A stretch of 64,000 nucleotides of DNA from Marispirochaeta sp. (GTDB taxonomy: Bacteria; Spirochaetota; Spirochaetia; JC444; Marispirochaetaceae). Position 1 is the first letter of the stretch; each line of letters opens with the position of its first letter. Positions 1-10,135 of the stretch are shown one piece after another. Location of the stretch: assembly GCA_963676835.2 (NCBI GenBank), contig CAXXFF010000003.1, forward strand, positions 544,001 through 608,000, read 5' to 3'. A model generated the notes under the pieces. It had not been told where the DNA came from. It did no database searches and saw only the letters and a program-made list of their open reading frames with translations. The position numbers were made by a program, and so were the translations under genes.

Positions 1-161
1 ATGGACTGACCGGTAAAGAGATCTGCGGAGAGCTCCATATTTCGGAATCAACTCTAAAAAAACACAAGACAAACCTGCTTAAAAAAATGGATGTTAAAAC
101 AACCAATGAACTTATTGCCCTTGTAAATAAGGATGAACGGTTTGCCAGGCTTTTTACCTGA
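1..161 (+). CDS. LuxR/NarL-type HTH regulator, C-terminal fragment (5' part outside window)
   Basis: Manual translation from nt 3 gives GLTGKEICGELHISESTLKKHKTNLLKKMDVKTTNELIAL..., a LuxR HTH pattern; TGA at 159-161; overlaps the start of the kinase gene. Confidence 0.8.
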   Translation, partial: GLTGKEICGELHISESTLKKHKTNLLKKMDVKTTNELIALVNKDERFARLFT

Positions 162-2106
162 GGTTTTAAACAAACCCTTCATTGTCTTATCATTCCTGTT
201 ATTGCTGACAACCGGCAGCGGTTGGGCAGACACTATTGTACAGAACGAGCTTGACTGGGACGGTAAAAGCATAGTCGAAATATCCGATGAATGGGAGTTC
301 TGCTGGCATGCAATGCTCACATCGGCCGAAGAACGTCCTCGGGATGCAGAAATTTATACAATACCGTTTCTCGGTTCATGGCAGTCAAACACTGAGGGCG
401 ATAACAGGCTTCCGTCATATGGATACGGAACCTACCAGAAGATTATCATACTGCCGCCGGATAGGGGAAAGCACATAATATTAAGGATACCCCAGGTAGA
501 TCCGGCAATAGCGGTTTACTGCAACGGAGAACTGATTTACTCAAACGGAACAGTGGGCGGTACTGCAGAAACATCTGTTCCGGAAGAATACAGACCGGTT
601 CTCAGAGAGATCTCTTCAGAAACCGGCATCTTTGACATATCCATACAGATGTCCAATTTTGATCTCGACTCATATGGGAACTATCTAATGCCGGTCATGT
701 CTTCTGTTGATACCGCGTTCGGAATACAGGCTGCAGCCTTTATGGCCAATGCACTATTAATAACAGCACTTCTTATTCTTGCCATCTACCTTCTTGCCAG
801 CGGCATCAAACTGAATAACAGGTGGAGTATCTACCTTGGTCTTTCATATATTACAAATGTACTTTTTTTACTGGTTAACGGAGAAGTTTTTCTTGGCCAG
901 CTGGGCCTGTCAAGGTTGATAATCTGGAAGATCCATTATCTTTCACGGTTTCTGACGTTTTTTTTCTTTTTCTGTTTTACCATGGAGTTCTTTTCCGTCC
1001 GCCTTCCACGGCTATTGAATCTTTCAGTACGGGTTTTCACTGTTTTGCTTTCATCTGTCTTTTTACTGACAAAACCGCCGCTGCTGCCCCATTTTTTAAT
1101 TCCTTCGGCACTTATCGGCTACGGTATAATTGTATTCGGTATTGTCCTTTCTATAAAAGGAGTTTTAAAGGATTATCCCCGTTCCCGGGTTTATCTTACA
1201 GCAATACTGATTCTTGCTGTCTTTATGAGTTTTGATATATTAAACAATCCTCCATCTTGGCCTATTCTTTTTAACTGCAAGAGTTCAATAGGACTGCTTC
1301 TGTTCGGAATAATACATACCCTGATGCTTATAGATATACTGAGTACCCATGTAAGCACTATTGAAAAGCTTGTTGATAAACGAACCAGAGAACTTGAAGC
1401 TGCAGTATGGGCACAGGCCAGGTATGCACGGGTAGGCGAAATGCTAAATTTCATAGCACACCAATGGCAGCAATACCTCTATGCTGTTTCAGCCAATGTT
1501 GAAGGTTTAAATCAGGAGGAAGAAAAAAGTATTTCGGGAAAAAAGAGGCTGGAAATTTATGGCACTATCTCCGAGGCTGTACGAAGTATGTTTTCTACCC
1601 TGAAAGATTTTCGTAATTTCCTGAGTCCCGTACGGAATAGAGAACGCTTTAATGTTCATGATGAAGGCCGAAAGGTATTTTCTCTGCTTGAGGACCTTTT
1701 TCTGACAAAAGGAATTGAGATTAATATCGAAACAAGCGGAGACACAAGAATCTGGGGGGTAAAAAATGAATTGCAGCAGGTTATTCTTAACCTGCTTACA
1801 AACGCGGTTAACATAATCGAAAAACGTAGTATAGATTCCCCATACATTCACTTTATATCTAGCGGAAGTTCTGATTCCGTTTCGTTGGTAATAGAAGATA
1901 ACGCAGGCGGTATCAGCAGCAGGCTCCGCGAAGAGTTGTTTAAACAGGAAAAAAACAGAGAAACTATCGGTAGTGGTATGGGACTTTACATGTCGAGAAG
2001 AATAATCCGTGAGAGGTTCGATGGAGATATGATATATGAGGACGGCCTTTCCGGCGCTCGTTTTGTAATTATCCTTCCAAAGGATTATAGAAAATCTGTC
2101 CGGTAA
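133..2106 (+). CDS. Membrane sensor histidine kinase (7TM-DISM-like sensor + HisKA + HATPase)
   Basis: Extracytoplasmic N-domain, multiple TM helices, H-box IAHQW, N-box NLLTNA, EDNAGG and GSGMGLY boxes. Confidence 0.88.
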   Translation: MNGLPGFLPEVLNKPFIVLSFLLLLTTGSGWADTIVQNELDWDGKSIVEISDEWEFCWHAMLTSAEERPRDAEIYTIPFLGSWQSNTEGDNRLPSYGYGTYQKIIILPPDRGKHIILRIPQVDPAIAVYCNGELIYSNGTVGGTAETSVPEEYRPVLREISSETGIFDISIQMSNFDLDSYGNYLMPVMSSVDTAFGIQAAAFMANALLITALLILAIYLLASGIKLNNRWSIYLGLSYITNVLFLLVNGEVFLGQLGLSRLIIWKIHYLSRFLTFFFFFCFTMEFFSVRLPRLLNLSVRVFTVLLSSVFLLTKPPLLPHFLIPSALIGYGIIVFGIVLSIKGVLKDYPRSRVYLTAILILAVFMSFDILNNPPSWPILFNCKSSIGLLLFGIIHTLMLIDILSTHVSTIEKLVDKRTRELEAAVWAQARYARVGEMLNFIAHQWQQYLYAVSANVEGLNQEEEKSISGKKRLEIYGTISEAVRSMFSTLKDFRNFLSPVRNRERFNVHDEGRKVFSLLEDLFLTKGIEINIETSGDTRIWGVKNELQQVILNLLTNAVNIIEKRSIDSPYIHFISSGSSDSVSLVIEDNAGGISSRLREELFKQEKNRETIGSGMGLYMSRRIIRERFDGDMIYEDGLSGARFVIILPKDYRKSVR

Positions 2107-2145
2107 ATATTTTTTCTTAAGGATGCTTCAAGCTTTTTTTCAGTA

Positions 2146-2640
2146 TCAGGGAGTTAGTAAATCTGCCGCAAGCCCCGAAACAACAGCAAAAACCAGCACA
2201 AACCCGATATACATCCAGAACCTGCGCACGCTCAAGGCAATCTTCAATGCTCCCAGGTTAGTCAGCTTCGTGGCGGGGCCGGTAATCATGAATGCCACGG
2301 CACTCCCCGCTCCCATTCCGCTGTGGAGCCATTCAGCAAGCAGAGGAACTGTTCCCCCGCCACAGACATAGAGGGGAATCCCCAGGGCTGAAGCCATCAG
2401 GATACCAAACCCCTGGTTTCCGCTCCCGAAAAGTTTCGCAGCAAATTCTTCTGGAACATAACGCTGATAAAGGGCTGTCAAAAAAATACCAAGAAGAAAA
2501 TATGGACCTGTGGCCTGTAGCTTTTATATTTCGCCATATATTCAGCAGAAAGCGGATTAGGATGTTGGGATGGGTGACGGGTAATACTCGTATATGCTTT
2601 ACCGAACCTGAAAAAAGGTTTGCCGTTCTTAACAAACACC
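2146..2640 (-). pseudogene. Frameshifted C-terminal remnant of a DUF318/ArsP-like permease
   Basis: Segments in three frames (KPFFRFGK; HPNILIRFLLNIWRNIKATG; TALYQRYVP...PLYVCGGGTVPLLAEWL...GPATK) match the intact permease at 19769-20680. Confidence 0.8.
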
Positions 2641-3003
2641 GCATAAGAACAATTATGAAGTATGAAAATATACTCCTTTATATAGTAAAGAAGTTGATTT
2701 TTATTCTGTTGTAGATACATCATAAAAGATGTATAATGTACATATGAATAAACATACTACATAACAGCTTCTTATGTAGTACGATACAGCCCTATATGTA
2801 CTGCATAAGCACACTGTTCGAGGTCAAGTCATAGCCGGCCCATGAAGGCCTCATTCCGGGATGCGTTTTTATTTATAACCCATTATACGCCAAGGAATAG
2901 CACCATTCCACCATAGTACTTCAGTAATCCGATTAATGATGAGGATTGATTCCACAGGTTTTTAGAAAAGTTTCCAGATCAATGAGCAAGTTCATTGTCA
3001 GTA

Positions 3004-3465
3004 TCAGGCCCTCTCGTCCTGCTTCCTGTGAATCATAACCATAACCTGTCGCGCAGCAGGTTGCGCAATAAGTGCCTCAACGAAAAACGCTATTACTGCA
3101 TTTCGAGGCCAGATATACATAAAATTTCGCAGAGGATACATGGTGATCGCTTTTGTACCATTCCAGGTCCCGATGATTGTCAGAAAGATCGATATGAAGA
3201 AGATCGAACACAAAATGTTTATGGTGACCACTGCACGGAAACTGTCACCTTGAGAAACAATCTTCCCTGTAAGCCACTCAGCCAGTGGGTAGGTAATCAG
3301 GACAACAGCAATAACCGCGGGCCAGAAGCGGTATGGTTCCTCCGAAAAAACAGAAACAGCAGAACCGATTATAAGAATCAGCGCCAAGTAGGGAGCTATG
3401 AATCCGAACTGGACGCTGAGGTAGTAGTAAAGATAGATAAACTCTCTATGGAGAATATCAGCCAT
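3004..3465 (-). CDS. Chimeric membrane ORF: permease N-terminus fused to a DUF2798-like C-terminus (probable pseudogene)
   Basis: MADILHREFIYLYYYLSVQ...IGSAVSVF resembles MVDLFRRELVYIVYYLSLQ...IGSLVSVF of the 19769-20680 permease; the remainder has WPRN..IAFFVEALIAQPAAR, resembling DUF2798-type membrane proteins. Confidence 0.6.
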   Translation of the reverse strand: MADILHREFIYLYYYLSVQFGFIAPYLALILIIGSAVSVFSEEPYRFWPAVIAVVLITYPLAEWLTGKIVSQGDSFRAVVTINILCSIFFISIFLTIIGTWNGTKAITMYPLRNFMYIWPRNAVIAFFVEALIAQPAARQVMVMIHRKQDERA

Positions 3466-3511
3466 CAATCATAACCAGTTCATACTCCAGGCTGCCGATG
3501 CCCAGGGCTTC
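3458..3511 (-). pseudogene. 3' remnant of a DUF362 gene
   Basis: Manual translation EALGIGSLEYELVMIDG* versus ESLGLGIQEYHLVSVDG* at the end of the intact DUF362 gene (20673-21710), with the same 8-nt overlap into the next ATG. Confidence 0.7.
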
Positions 3512-3603
3512 CGTGAAGTATTTATTTTTGAAAGAAGTTATCGGACATTCACTTGAAAAAAGAACTTAAGCCCGGAATATACCTTAATAGAAAGATCTCA
3601 CTC

Positions 3604-4764
3604 CTAAAAAAAACCCTGTCTGAAATTTCTTACTGCAGCAGCGGGATTATCCATCTCTATATCTCCATCATACAGCAGTAGGCCGGCCACAGAGCTGCCC
3701 GATAGTTTGCGATAGTATTCTATGCTCTTCAGAAAATCACCATGGTAGGTACGGGAAGACTTGATTTCCACAGGAATAAAATCCGATCCTGAAGGAAAAA
3801 GCAGATCCACTTCATGCTGGTGGTTATCTCTGAAGAAATATAAACGCCCTTCCTTACCCTGATTATACCGCATTTTCAGCGCCTCCAGGACAACCATATT
3901 TTCAAATAATCCACCAAAAACACGGTCTCGTTCAACTTGCTCAGGAGTCTCAATCCCTAAAAGGTAGACAGCTAATCCGGGCTCGATAAAATAAATCTTG
4001 GGAGACTTGGTGAGCCGTTTTCCATAATTATTAAAAAACGGAGGAAGTCTGAATAAAATAAATGATGCTTCAAGGACACCAATCCAGCGTTTTATCTGAG
4101 GAGCGCTGATCCCTACCTGACCGGCCAGCTGACTGTAATTCAGCTCCTGTCCAACCCTCCCTGCCAGCAATCGCAGAAAAAGTTCAAAAACCTGTTGATT
4201 CTCAAGAGCTATTAATTTGCGAACATCCCGCTCAACATAAGTCTGATAATAATCACGGTAATAACGTTCCGGACGGATATTCTGGTCATACAACCGGGGC
4301 ATAAATCCTTTGAACAACAGCTCATTCCGTGGTTGTTCTATTGAAGAACCGGGGAGTTCCTGCAGGGAAAACGGCAGAAGAGTCAATAAGGCAGTTCTTC
4401 CGGCAAGTGTCTGACCGATTGCTTCCCGAAGGGATAACTGATGACTTCCTGTCAGTATAAATTGCGCTTTTTTCTCAGGATTCTCATCTACAATAACCTG
4501 TATCCATGACAACAGCTCTGGTACATTCTGAATTTCATCAAGAATACAGGGGTGGTGAAAACGGGTAAAGAAACTTTTAGGGTCTTCTGCCGCCAGAGAA
4601 CGGTGTTCCGGCTGTTCCAGATTTACATACTCGTATTCCGAAAAAACCATCCTGGCCAGAGTGGTTTTTCCAGACTGACGCGGCCCGATTATAGTAATAA
4701 CCGGGTATTCCGATGCGGAAATAGTAAGCTCTGTCTCAATCACCCTATGAATCATACCGTACAA
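3604..4764 (-). CDS. AAA+ ATPase (AAA_14 + DUF4143)
   Basis: Walker A GPRQSGKTT, Walker B ILDEIQ, LTGS, K.PKIYF, EVDLL...VEIKS tail; start may be the ATG at 4755. Confidence 0.9.
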   Translation of the reverse strand: MYGMIHRVIETELTISASEYPVITIIGPRQSGKTTLARMVFSEYEYVNLEQPEHRSLAAEDPKSFFTRFHHPCILDEIQNVPELLSWIQVIVDENPEKKAQFILTGSHQLSLREAIGQTLAGRTALLTLLPFSLQELPGSSIEQPRNELLFKGFMPRLYDQNIRPERYYRDYYQTYVERDVRKLIALENQQVFELFLRLLAGRVGQELNYSQLAGQVGISAPQIKRWIGVLEASFILFRLPPFFNNYGKRLTKSPKIYFIEPGLAVYLLGIETPEQVERDRVFGGLFENMVVLEALKMRYNQGKEGRLYFFRDNHQHEVDLLFPSGSDFIPVEIKSSRTYHGDFLKSIEYYRKLSGSSVAGLLLYDGDIEMDNPAAAVRNFRQGFF

Positions 4765-4909
4765 ATATAAACTCTGTGTTTTGTTTTGTACAGCTTTTTC
4801 GTCGCTAACTCTTTTTTCAGCTTTGCCATGTGAAATCTCACCTGTTTATTATGGATGGAATAACATAAAAGCATGACTTTCACAGCAACAAACCGGATAT
4901 CACAGGGAT

Positions 4910-5353
4910 TTACCCCATCATCTTTATAAGCGTCTCCTTTAAAGCTCCGGCATCCACCCGGCCAATGCGCATCTCAATTTCCTCTTCCATCTGCTCCACC
5001 AAAACACCGTTATCAGTGCAATAAATCACCCCCTTCTCTGTTATGAACATGTATTTATCACGCTTGTTACCGGGAATGTAATCAAAGGTAAGATATCCCC
5101 GCTCTTCAAGGTGAACTGCTGTCTTCTGCATTGCCTGGCGGGATACATGCATAATACGTGAGACTTGAGAAATGGACAGCGGTGTCTGACGAATCCTTGC
5201 AAGAAGGTGGGATTCTGTATGGGAAATGCCCCTGTTACCGGACTGCTCCCGCCTTTCCAGTATCACTTGCCGCAGATGAAGGTGGCATTCACTGATCAGG
5301 TCGATGAGATTCAGATTCTGCAGATAGTTTTTGTCCGGTTTTTCAGGCTGCAT
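4910..5353 (-). CDS. MarR family transcriptional regulator
   Basis: Winged HTH ISQVSRIMHVSRQAMQK...LEERGY...NKRDK..ITEKG. Confidence 0.85.
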   Translation of the reverse strand: MQPEKPDKNYLQNLNLIDLISECHLHLRQVILERREQSGNRGISHTESHLLARIRQTPLSISQVSRIMHVSRQAMQKTAVHLEERGYLTFDYIPGNKRDKYMFITEKGVIYCTDNGVLVEQMEEEIEMRIGRVDAGALKETLIKMMG

Positions 5354-5357
5354 TACT

Positions 5358-5825
5358 TCATCTTACAGCTACAGGAAAAATCCGCAGATGTATTAAGCGG
5401 CTGACAGGATTGGCAAAAAGCAGGTTCAGCGGTACCGCCATAAGCAGGTTCATCAGTGCGATCTCAAGATAAACGTCTGCTATTTTCGAAGAAAACCCTA
5501 CCGCCATAACAGAGCCGAACAGTGACATGCAGAGTACCATTCCGGTAATCATCAGCATGCTTATTATCACAACCTTTACCGGCAGGCTGGTGATGTTGTT
5601 CTTTCCAATTATATGGAAGGCAATGGGCTTGGCTATTTTTGATACCAGAAACAGATCAAGCAGCAGTGCGATGGCAAAGCCGAGCCAGACTTCCTTGAAT
5701 AAGGTGAGTAAAAAGCCGGCGGACCAGCCTTCAAGAAGGAACATATTGTATGCGGTCAACCCCTGAACCATGATAAAACAAATAGATAAAGTAAAAACAA
5801 ATCGTTCAAATTTCGTGTTTCCCAC
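5358..5825 (-). CDS. DUF2798-type membrane protein
   Basis: Four hydrophobic helices, MV.CMSLFG motif; probable GTG start at 5825 with GAGGA RBS. Confidence 0.7.
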   Translation of the reverse strand: MGNTKFERFVFTLSICFIMVQGLTAYNMFLLEGWSAGFLLTLFKEVWLGFAIALLLDLFLVSKIAKPIAFHIIGKNNITSLPVKVVIISMLMITGMVLCMSLFGSVMAVGFSSKIADVYLEIALMNLLMAVPLNLLFANPVSRLIHLRIFPVAVR

Positions 5826-5879
5826 GAGTAATATCCTCAAAAATCAATTTGAGGCGATAATGAATGTTTTTTGTTTTTT

Positions 5880-5896
5880 TGTCAACAAGGTTGACA
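5880..5896. promoter_or_regulatory. Palindromic operator TGTCAAC-aag-GTTGACA overlapping the minus-strand -35 (TTGACA) of the DUF2798-marR operon
   Basis: Perfect 7-bp inverted repeat; TTGACA followed at about 17 nt by CATTAT on the minus strand. Confidence 0.6.
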
Positions 5897-5910
5897 TTTA
5901 ATAGCGATCT

Positions 5911-7095
5911 TTACTCGATAAACATTTCAAGATTAACCCCTTCCCGGTTCAGTTCCACACCGAAGCCGGGAGTATCCGGAACAACCACTTTGCCGTTATA
6001 TGGCACCGGCTCATTCTTTAAAAGCGGATAATACTGTGGAATAACCCGATCCGCTTTCGGTGCCATCATAATACATTCTGTAAACGGGGAATTGGCCCTG
6101 GTTGTTACATAATGATGACTGTATGGGCCGCTTCCATGGGGAATTATCATTTTTGCATGTGTTTCAGCAAGATTGCCTATTTTTATCAGTTCAGTAAGCC
6201 CTCCGCACCAGCCGATATCCGGCTGCAGAACATCCAGAGAACACTCATCAATAAGTGCCCGAAAACCATAGCGGGTTGCTTCATGCTCCCCGCCGGTTAT
6301 CATAAGGTTCCTGGGAGCCTGTTTTCTCAAATCCCGGTACGACCAGTAATCATCGGGATTGAAGCACTCCTCAAGCCAGTAGAAACCGAGATCTGAAGAA
6401 CTCTGAGCAAGTTTATTTGCATAGGGTAGATCAAGGGACATCCAGCAGTCCCACATAAGCATAAAATCAGAACCGCATTTCTGCCGCATATCGGAAGCTA
6501 TATCGTTATTCTTTTTCAAGCCTGCCAGTCCATCTGCAGGTCCGTAGGGCAGCGCCATTTTCCCGCCGATAAAGCCCATCTCCTTCGCAAGATCCGGTCT
6601 TGGTCCGGTTGCATAGAAATCCAGTTCTTTACGAATTTTACCGCCGATCATGGCATAGACCGGTTCCTGCCTCAGTCGCCCCAACAGATCCCAGAGAGCA
6701 AGATCAATGGCAGAAATGGCATTAAGAACCAACCCTTTGCGCCCGTAGAAAAGGGACCCTTTATACATCTGGTCCCAGATCATTTCTATTGCAGACACAT
6801 CTTTTCCCAAAACAAACTGTTTCAGATGGTTATGAACAATCCAGGCAGCAGGAATTCCTCCGGTGCTTATGCCGAAGCCCACGGTGCCATCATCTGCTTC
6901 AACCTCAACCACCAGTGTTTTGAGCACATTTATACCAAAGCTCAGCCTGGAGGCTTTATATTCCGGATAAATGCTCATCGGGGTGGAAACCTGCCCTACT
7001 ATCCAGTGCTCTTCAGACTGATCATGATAATCAGCACCGCCGTCACCAACTGTATAGACGCGAAGGTCTCGTATTGTTCTGCCGATCAAGCTCAT
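5911..7095 (-). CDS. rhmD: L-rhamnonate dehydratase (mandelate racemase/enolase superfamily)
   Basis: GGADYHDQ, TPMS.YPEY, SFGINVL, DCWMSLD, GEHEATRYGF and PHGS motifs typical of RhmD/YfaW. Confidence 0.88.
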   Translation of the reverse strand: MSLIGRTIRDLRVYTVGDGGADYHDQSEEHWIVGQVSTPMSIYPEYKASRLSFGINVLKTLVVEVEADDGTVGFGISTGGIPAAWIVHNHLKQFVLGKDVSAIEMIWDQMYKGSLFYGRKGLVLNAISAIDLALWDLLGRLRQEPVYAMIGGKIRKELDFYATGPRPDLAKEMGFIGGKMALPYGPADGLAGLKKNNDIASDMRQKCGSDFMLMWDCWMSLDLPYANKLAQSSSDLGFYWLEECFNPDDYWSYRDLRKQAPRNLMITGGEHEATRYGFRALIDECSLDVLQPDIGWCGGLTELIKIGNLAETHAKMIIPHGSGPYSHHYVTTRANSPFTECIMMAPKADRVIPQYYPLLKNEPVPYNGKVVVPDTPGFGVELNREGVNLEMFIE

Positions 7096-7118
7096 ATTTC
7101 CCCCGAATAAATTGAAAA

Positions 7119-8291
7119 TCAGGAATTCACACCAGACTTTTCAACCTCATCTCTGGTTATCTGAAGCCACTTTTTTACTCCGTCTATATCGCCGCCGTAG
7201 ACTGCATCTGCACAAATCCAGGTTTTCCGACTACCGACCGTTTCCAGGATTTCCCGGGTTTTTGCGCGGATCTGTTCTTCTGTAGCGTTGATGACATCAT
7301 CTTCTGGATGCAGTGCAATCTGAAGGGTAACCTCATCCCCTGTCAGATCCCGGGCCTTGGCAAGATCTGTCCAGGAGCTGATATGCAGAATATTAAGCCC
7401 GGTCAAAGTTGTAAGCTTAGGCAGCAGGGGCGTCAAATTTCCGCAGCTGTGATAATACCGGACTCCGCCGTAGAAATTAGCCAGTTTCTGCTCAGAAGGA
7501 TACAATAACTCCTCATAGACCGCTGGGGAAACCAGAGCTCCATCCACTTCATCACTGTACTGATCGGAAACATGTACCCGTCGATAATCATCGTAACAGT
7601 TGGTAAACATATTTTCCGGTTCTTTATAGGATAAATCGAGAAACTCGCTGCGCTGCTTTTCCCATGACATGCGAGCCTCAACGGTAAAATCAAGAAGATC
7701 CGCAACAAAACCGGGTTCATCAATGATATCCATGTACAGCTGGGTAAAGCCTCGCAGAAAGCAGGCCAGCGACCATGGTCCCCGGACCCACCCGGGGAAG
7801 CTCACATCCAGACGGCGGTCAACAATTTTGCAGACCTCGTCATACTGTTCATGAATGAGCGGCATTGGTCCGGTGCTGAAAAAGTCAGGAATCTGCAACT
7901 TTTTCAGGTCGCCGTATTCAATAATATTCGGCTGCACCGCCACAAAAGGGTCTTTCTCTTTCACAAAAACGGAGGGAATACCAAGCATTTCCGACTCGAG
8001 GGTTCCCGCTGCTCCATAGTCATATCCTATGGAAGGGTCCACAACAGTATCATCAGGAAAATTTTCAAACAGATACAGCTTATTCTTAAGGTATCCCCAT
8101 ACCCGCACAGAAGGGTCACGGTAAAATTCAACCATGTCATAGCCGTTTATTCGAGACAAAAAAGAACGGCCGATGCCAACCATTACAGCAACTCGGGGCA
8201 ATTCTTTTTTCAATCTCAGGTTCCGCTCTGAAAGAGCTATCTCTTTTACCTTCTCAATAAGGGGGTCTATTTCTTTAAGATCAATTCTCAT
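7119..8291 (-). CDS. Uroporphyrinogen decarboxylase-like / MtaA-CmuA family protein
   Basis: GPWSLACFLRG, VSP..YEELLYP and YHSCGN (HxC Zn-binding motif). Confidence 0.75.
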   Translation of the reverse strand: MRIDLKEIDPLIEKVKEIALSERNLRLKKELPRVAVMVGIGRSFLSRINGYDMVEFYRDPSVRVWGYLKNKLYLFENFPDDTVVDPSIGYDYGAAGTLESEMLGIPSVFVKEKDPFVAVQPNIIEYGDLKKLQIPDFFSTGPMPLIHEQYDEVCKIVDRRLDVSFPGWVRGPWSLACFLRGFTQLYMDIIDEPGFVADLLDFTVEARMSWEKQRSEFLDLSYKEPENMFTNCYDDYRRVHVSDQYSDEVDGALVSPAVYEELLYPSEQKLANFYGGVRYYHSCGNLTPLLPKLTTLTGLNILHISSWTDLAKARDLTGDEVTLQIALHPEDDVINATEEQIRAKTREILETVGSRKTWICADAVYGGDIDGVKKWLQITRDEVEKSGVNS

Positions 8292-8315
8292 GCTTTCTTC
8301 CTTAAGATCTACTCA

Positions 8316-9596
8316 TCAGCCGGCCAGCAGATTTGGAATTACCAGGGTAAACCATGGGACATAGGCCACAAGGAGAACAACTACAATAAGTGTTGCAATA
8401 AATGGAACAACAAACTTAAGAACTTCCTTCATCTTCACTTCTGCCATACCGGCGCTGATAAACAGAAGGATGCCCACAGGAGGGGTTACAGCACCGATAA
8501 GAGCAGTGATAACAACAACCATGGCAAAATGAACCGGATCAAAACCAAACTGCAGTGCAATGGGGTGCAGTACCGGTATCAGTATTACAAGAGCAGCTAT
8601 GGTTTCTACAAAACAGCCTACTATCAGCATAAAAATAACCACCAGAAGAACAATGACTGAAGGGCTGTCTGTCAGAGAGACCAGGAAATTTACAGCAATC
8701 TTTGGAAACTGCTCAATTCCCAGTACCCAGCCGAATACCGCCGCCATTCCGACAATCATCATAAGGCTTGCACTGGATTTTGCTGCTTCCGCCAGAATTC
8801 TCCAACAGTCTTTAATACTGACTTCCCGGTAAATAAACAGGCCAATGATCAGAGCAAGAAAAACAGAGACCGCTGCAGCTTCTGTAGCAGTAAATACTCC
8901 GGTAATAATTCCTCCCACGATAATCACCGGCAAAGAGAGGGCGATAATCGCGTCTTTCAGCGACTGAAAAAGTTCACGCACTGAGAATTTCTTTTCTGTT
9001 ACAGTTTCCGGATGTTTTCGAGCATAAAAATAGGAGATAACCAGCAGAGATGCAGCCATCAGAAGCCCCGGAACAATTCCCGCAAGAAACAGTGTGGCAA
9101 TGGATAATCCGGTGATACTGGAATAGATAATCATCAGCAGGCTTGGCGGAATAACAGGGCCGATTGTACCAGCAGAGGCTATAAGACAGGCAACAAAGCC
9201 TTTTTTATAGTTTTCCCGGATCATCGACGGAATCAGAATAGAACCGATTGCGCTGGTATCTGCACTTGCTGAGCCTGAAATACCGGCGAAGATAACGCTT
9301 GAAACAACCGACACATAGGCCAGACCGCCCTTGAAGGCTCCAACCAGGCTGTTGGCAAACTTCACCAGCCGAACAGACACTCCACCCTCTTCCATAAGCT
9401 TTCCGGCAAGAATAAACAGAGGGATGGCCATAAGGGTAAATGAATCAACACCGCCGAAGAGTTTCGCCGGGATAATCAGCATAATATCCTTTCCACTGGT
9501 AAGAATGGCGAGCAGTGCCGAGAACCCCATGGAAAAGCCGATGGGCATCCCGAATACCAGAAAGACAAGGAAGGTAATGAACATAACCGCAAGCAT
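8316..9596 (-). CDS. dctM: TRAP transporter large permease
   Basis: AIPLFILAG, GISGSASAD, IPPS, FTATEAAA and TPPVG motifs. Confidence 0.95.
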   Translation of the reverse strand: MLAVMFITFLVFLVFGMPIGFSMGFSALLAILTSGKDIMLIIPAKLFGGVDSFTLMAIPLFILAGKLMEEGGVSVRLVKFANSLVGAFKGGLAYVSVVSSVIFAGISGSASADTSAIGSILIPSMIRENYKKGFVACLIASAGTIGPVIPPSLLMIIYSSITGLSIATLFLAGIVPGLLMAASLLVISYFYARKHPETVTEKKFSVRELFQSLKDAIIALSLPVIIVGGIITGVFTATEAAAVSVFLALIIGLFIYREVSIKDCWRILAEAAKSSASLMMIVGMAAVFGWVLGIEQFPKIAVNFLVSLTDSPSVIVLLVVIFMLIVGCFVETIAALVILIPVLHPIALQFGFDPVHFAMVVVITALIGAVTPPVGILLFISAGMAEVKMKEVLKFVVPFIATLIVVVLLVAYVPWFTLVIPNLLAG

Positions 9597-10063
9597 TATT
9601 CACTCTCCTTTACGGTAATGCGGAGATAAATATTCCGAATCAGGTAGAAAATCATTAAGGCAGAGCCGACAGGTATGGCGGCATTCACCAGCCCGATGGG
9701 TATTTCCAGCGCTGTACTCAATTGCGCCATATTTTCATATGAAAAGAGATAGCCATAGAAAACAAGGAAGCTTAAGAACACTATCAGCAGTAGATCAACA
9801 GCATGATGAACTGCATTTCTCAGTTTCGGTTTAAAGGAATCAACGATTATATCAAGCCCCACATGCATCTTGTCTTTGAACGCAGCAGCTGAGGCCAGAA
9901 AAAACAGCCAGATAAATAGATACCGTAATGCTTCCTCAGCCCAGGAGAGGGATGAATTAAACACATATCGTGATATGACCTGAATGAATGCTATGGATGA
10001 AGCAGCAAGAAAACAGAAGGCTGTCACGTGGTAGATCAGCTTATCCAGTAATTTGAAAAACAT
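9596..10063 (-). CDS. dctQ: TRAP transporter small permease
   Basis: QVISRYVFN, WAEEALRYLFIW, HVGLD; ATG at 10063 with AAGGAGG RBS. Confidence 0.92.
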   Translation of the reverse strand: MFFKLLDKLIYHVTAFCFLAASSIAFIQVISRYVFNSSLSWAEEALRYLFIWLFFLASAAAFKDKMHVGLDIIVDSFKPKLRNAVHHAVDLLLIVFLSFLVFYGYLFSYENMAQLSTALEIPIGLVNAAIPVGSALMIFYLIRNIYLRITVKESE

Positions 10064-10082
10064 GTATGCCTCCTTAAAAGCA

Positions 10083-10104
10083 GCGGGGAGCATGAACTCC
10101 CCGC
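10083..10104. other. Intergenic stem-loop between dctP and dctQ
   Basis: GCGGGGAG-catgaa-CTCCCCGC; position typical of an mRNA-stabilising or attenuating hairpin after a binding-protein gene. Confidence 0.6.
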
Positions 10105-10135
10105 ATAAAACCATGTTAACGCGAGAACCAAGCGA

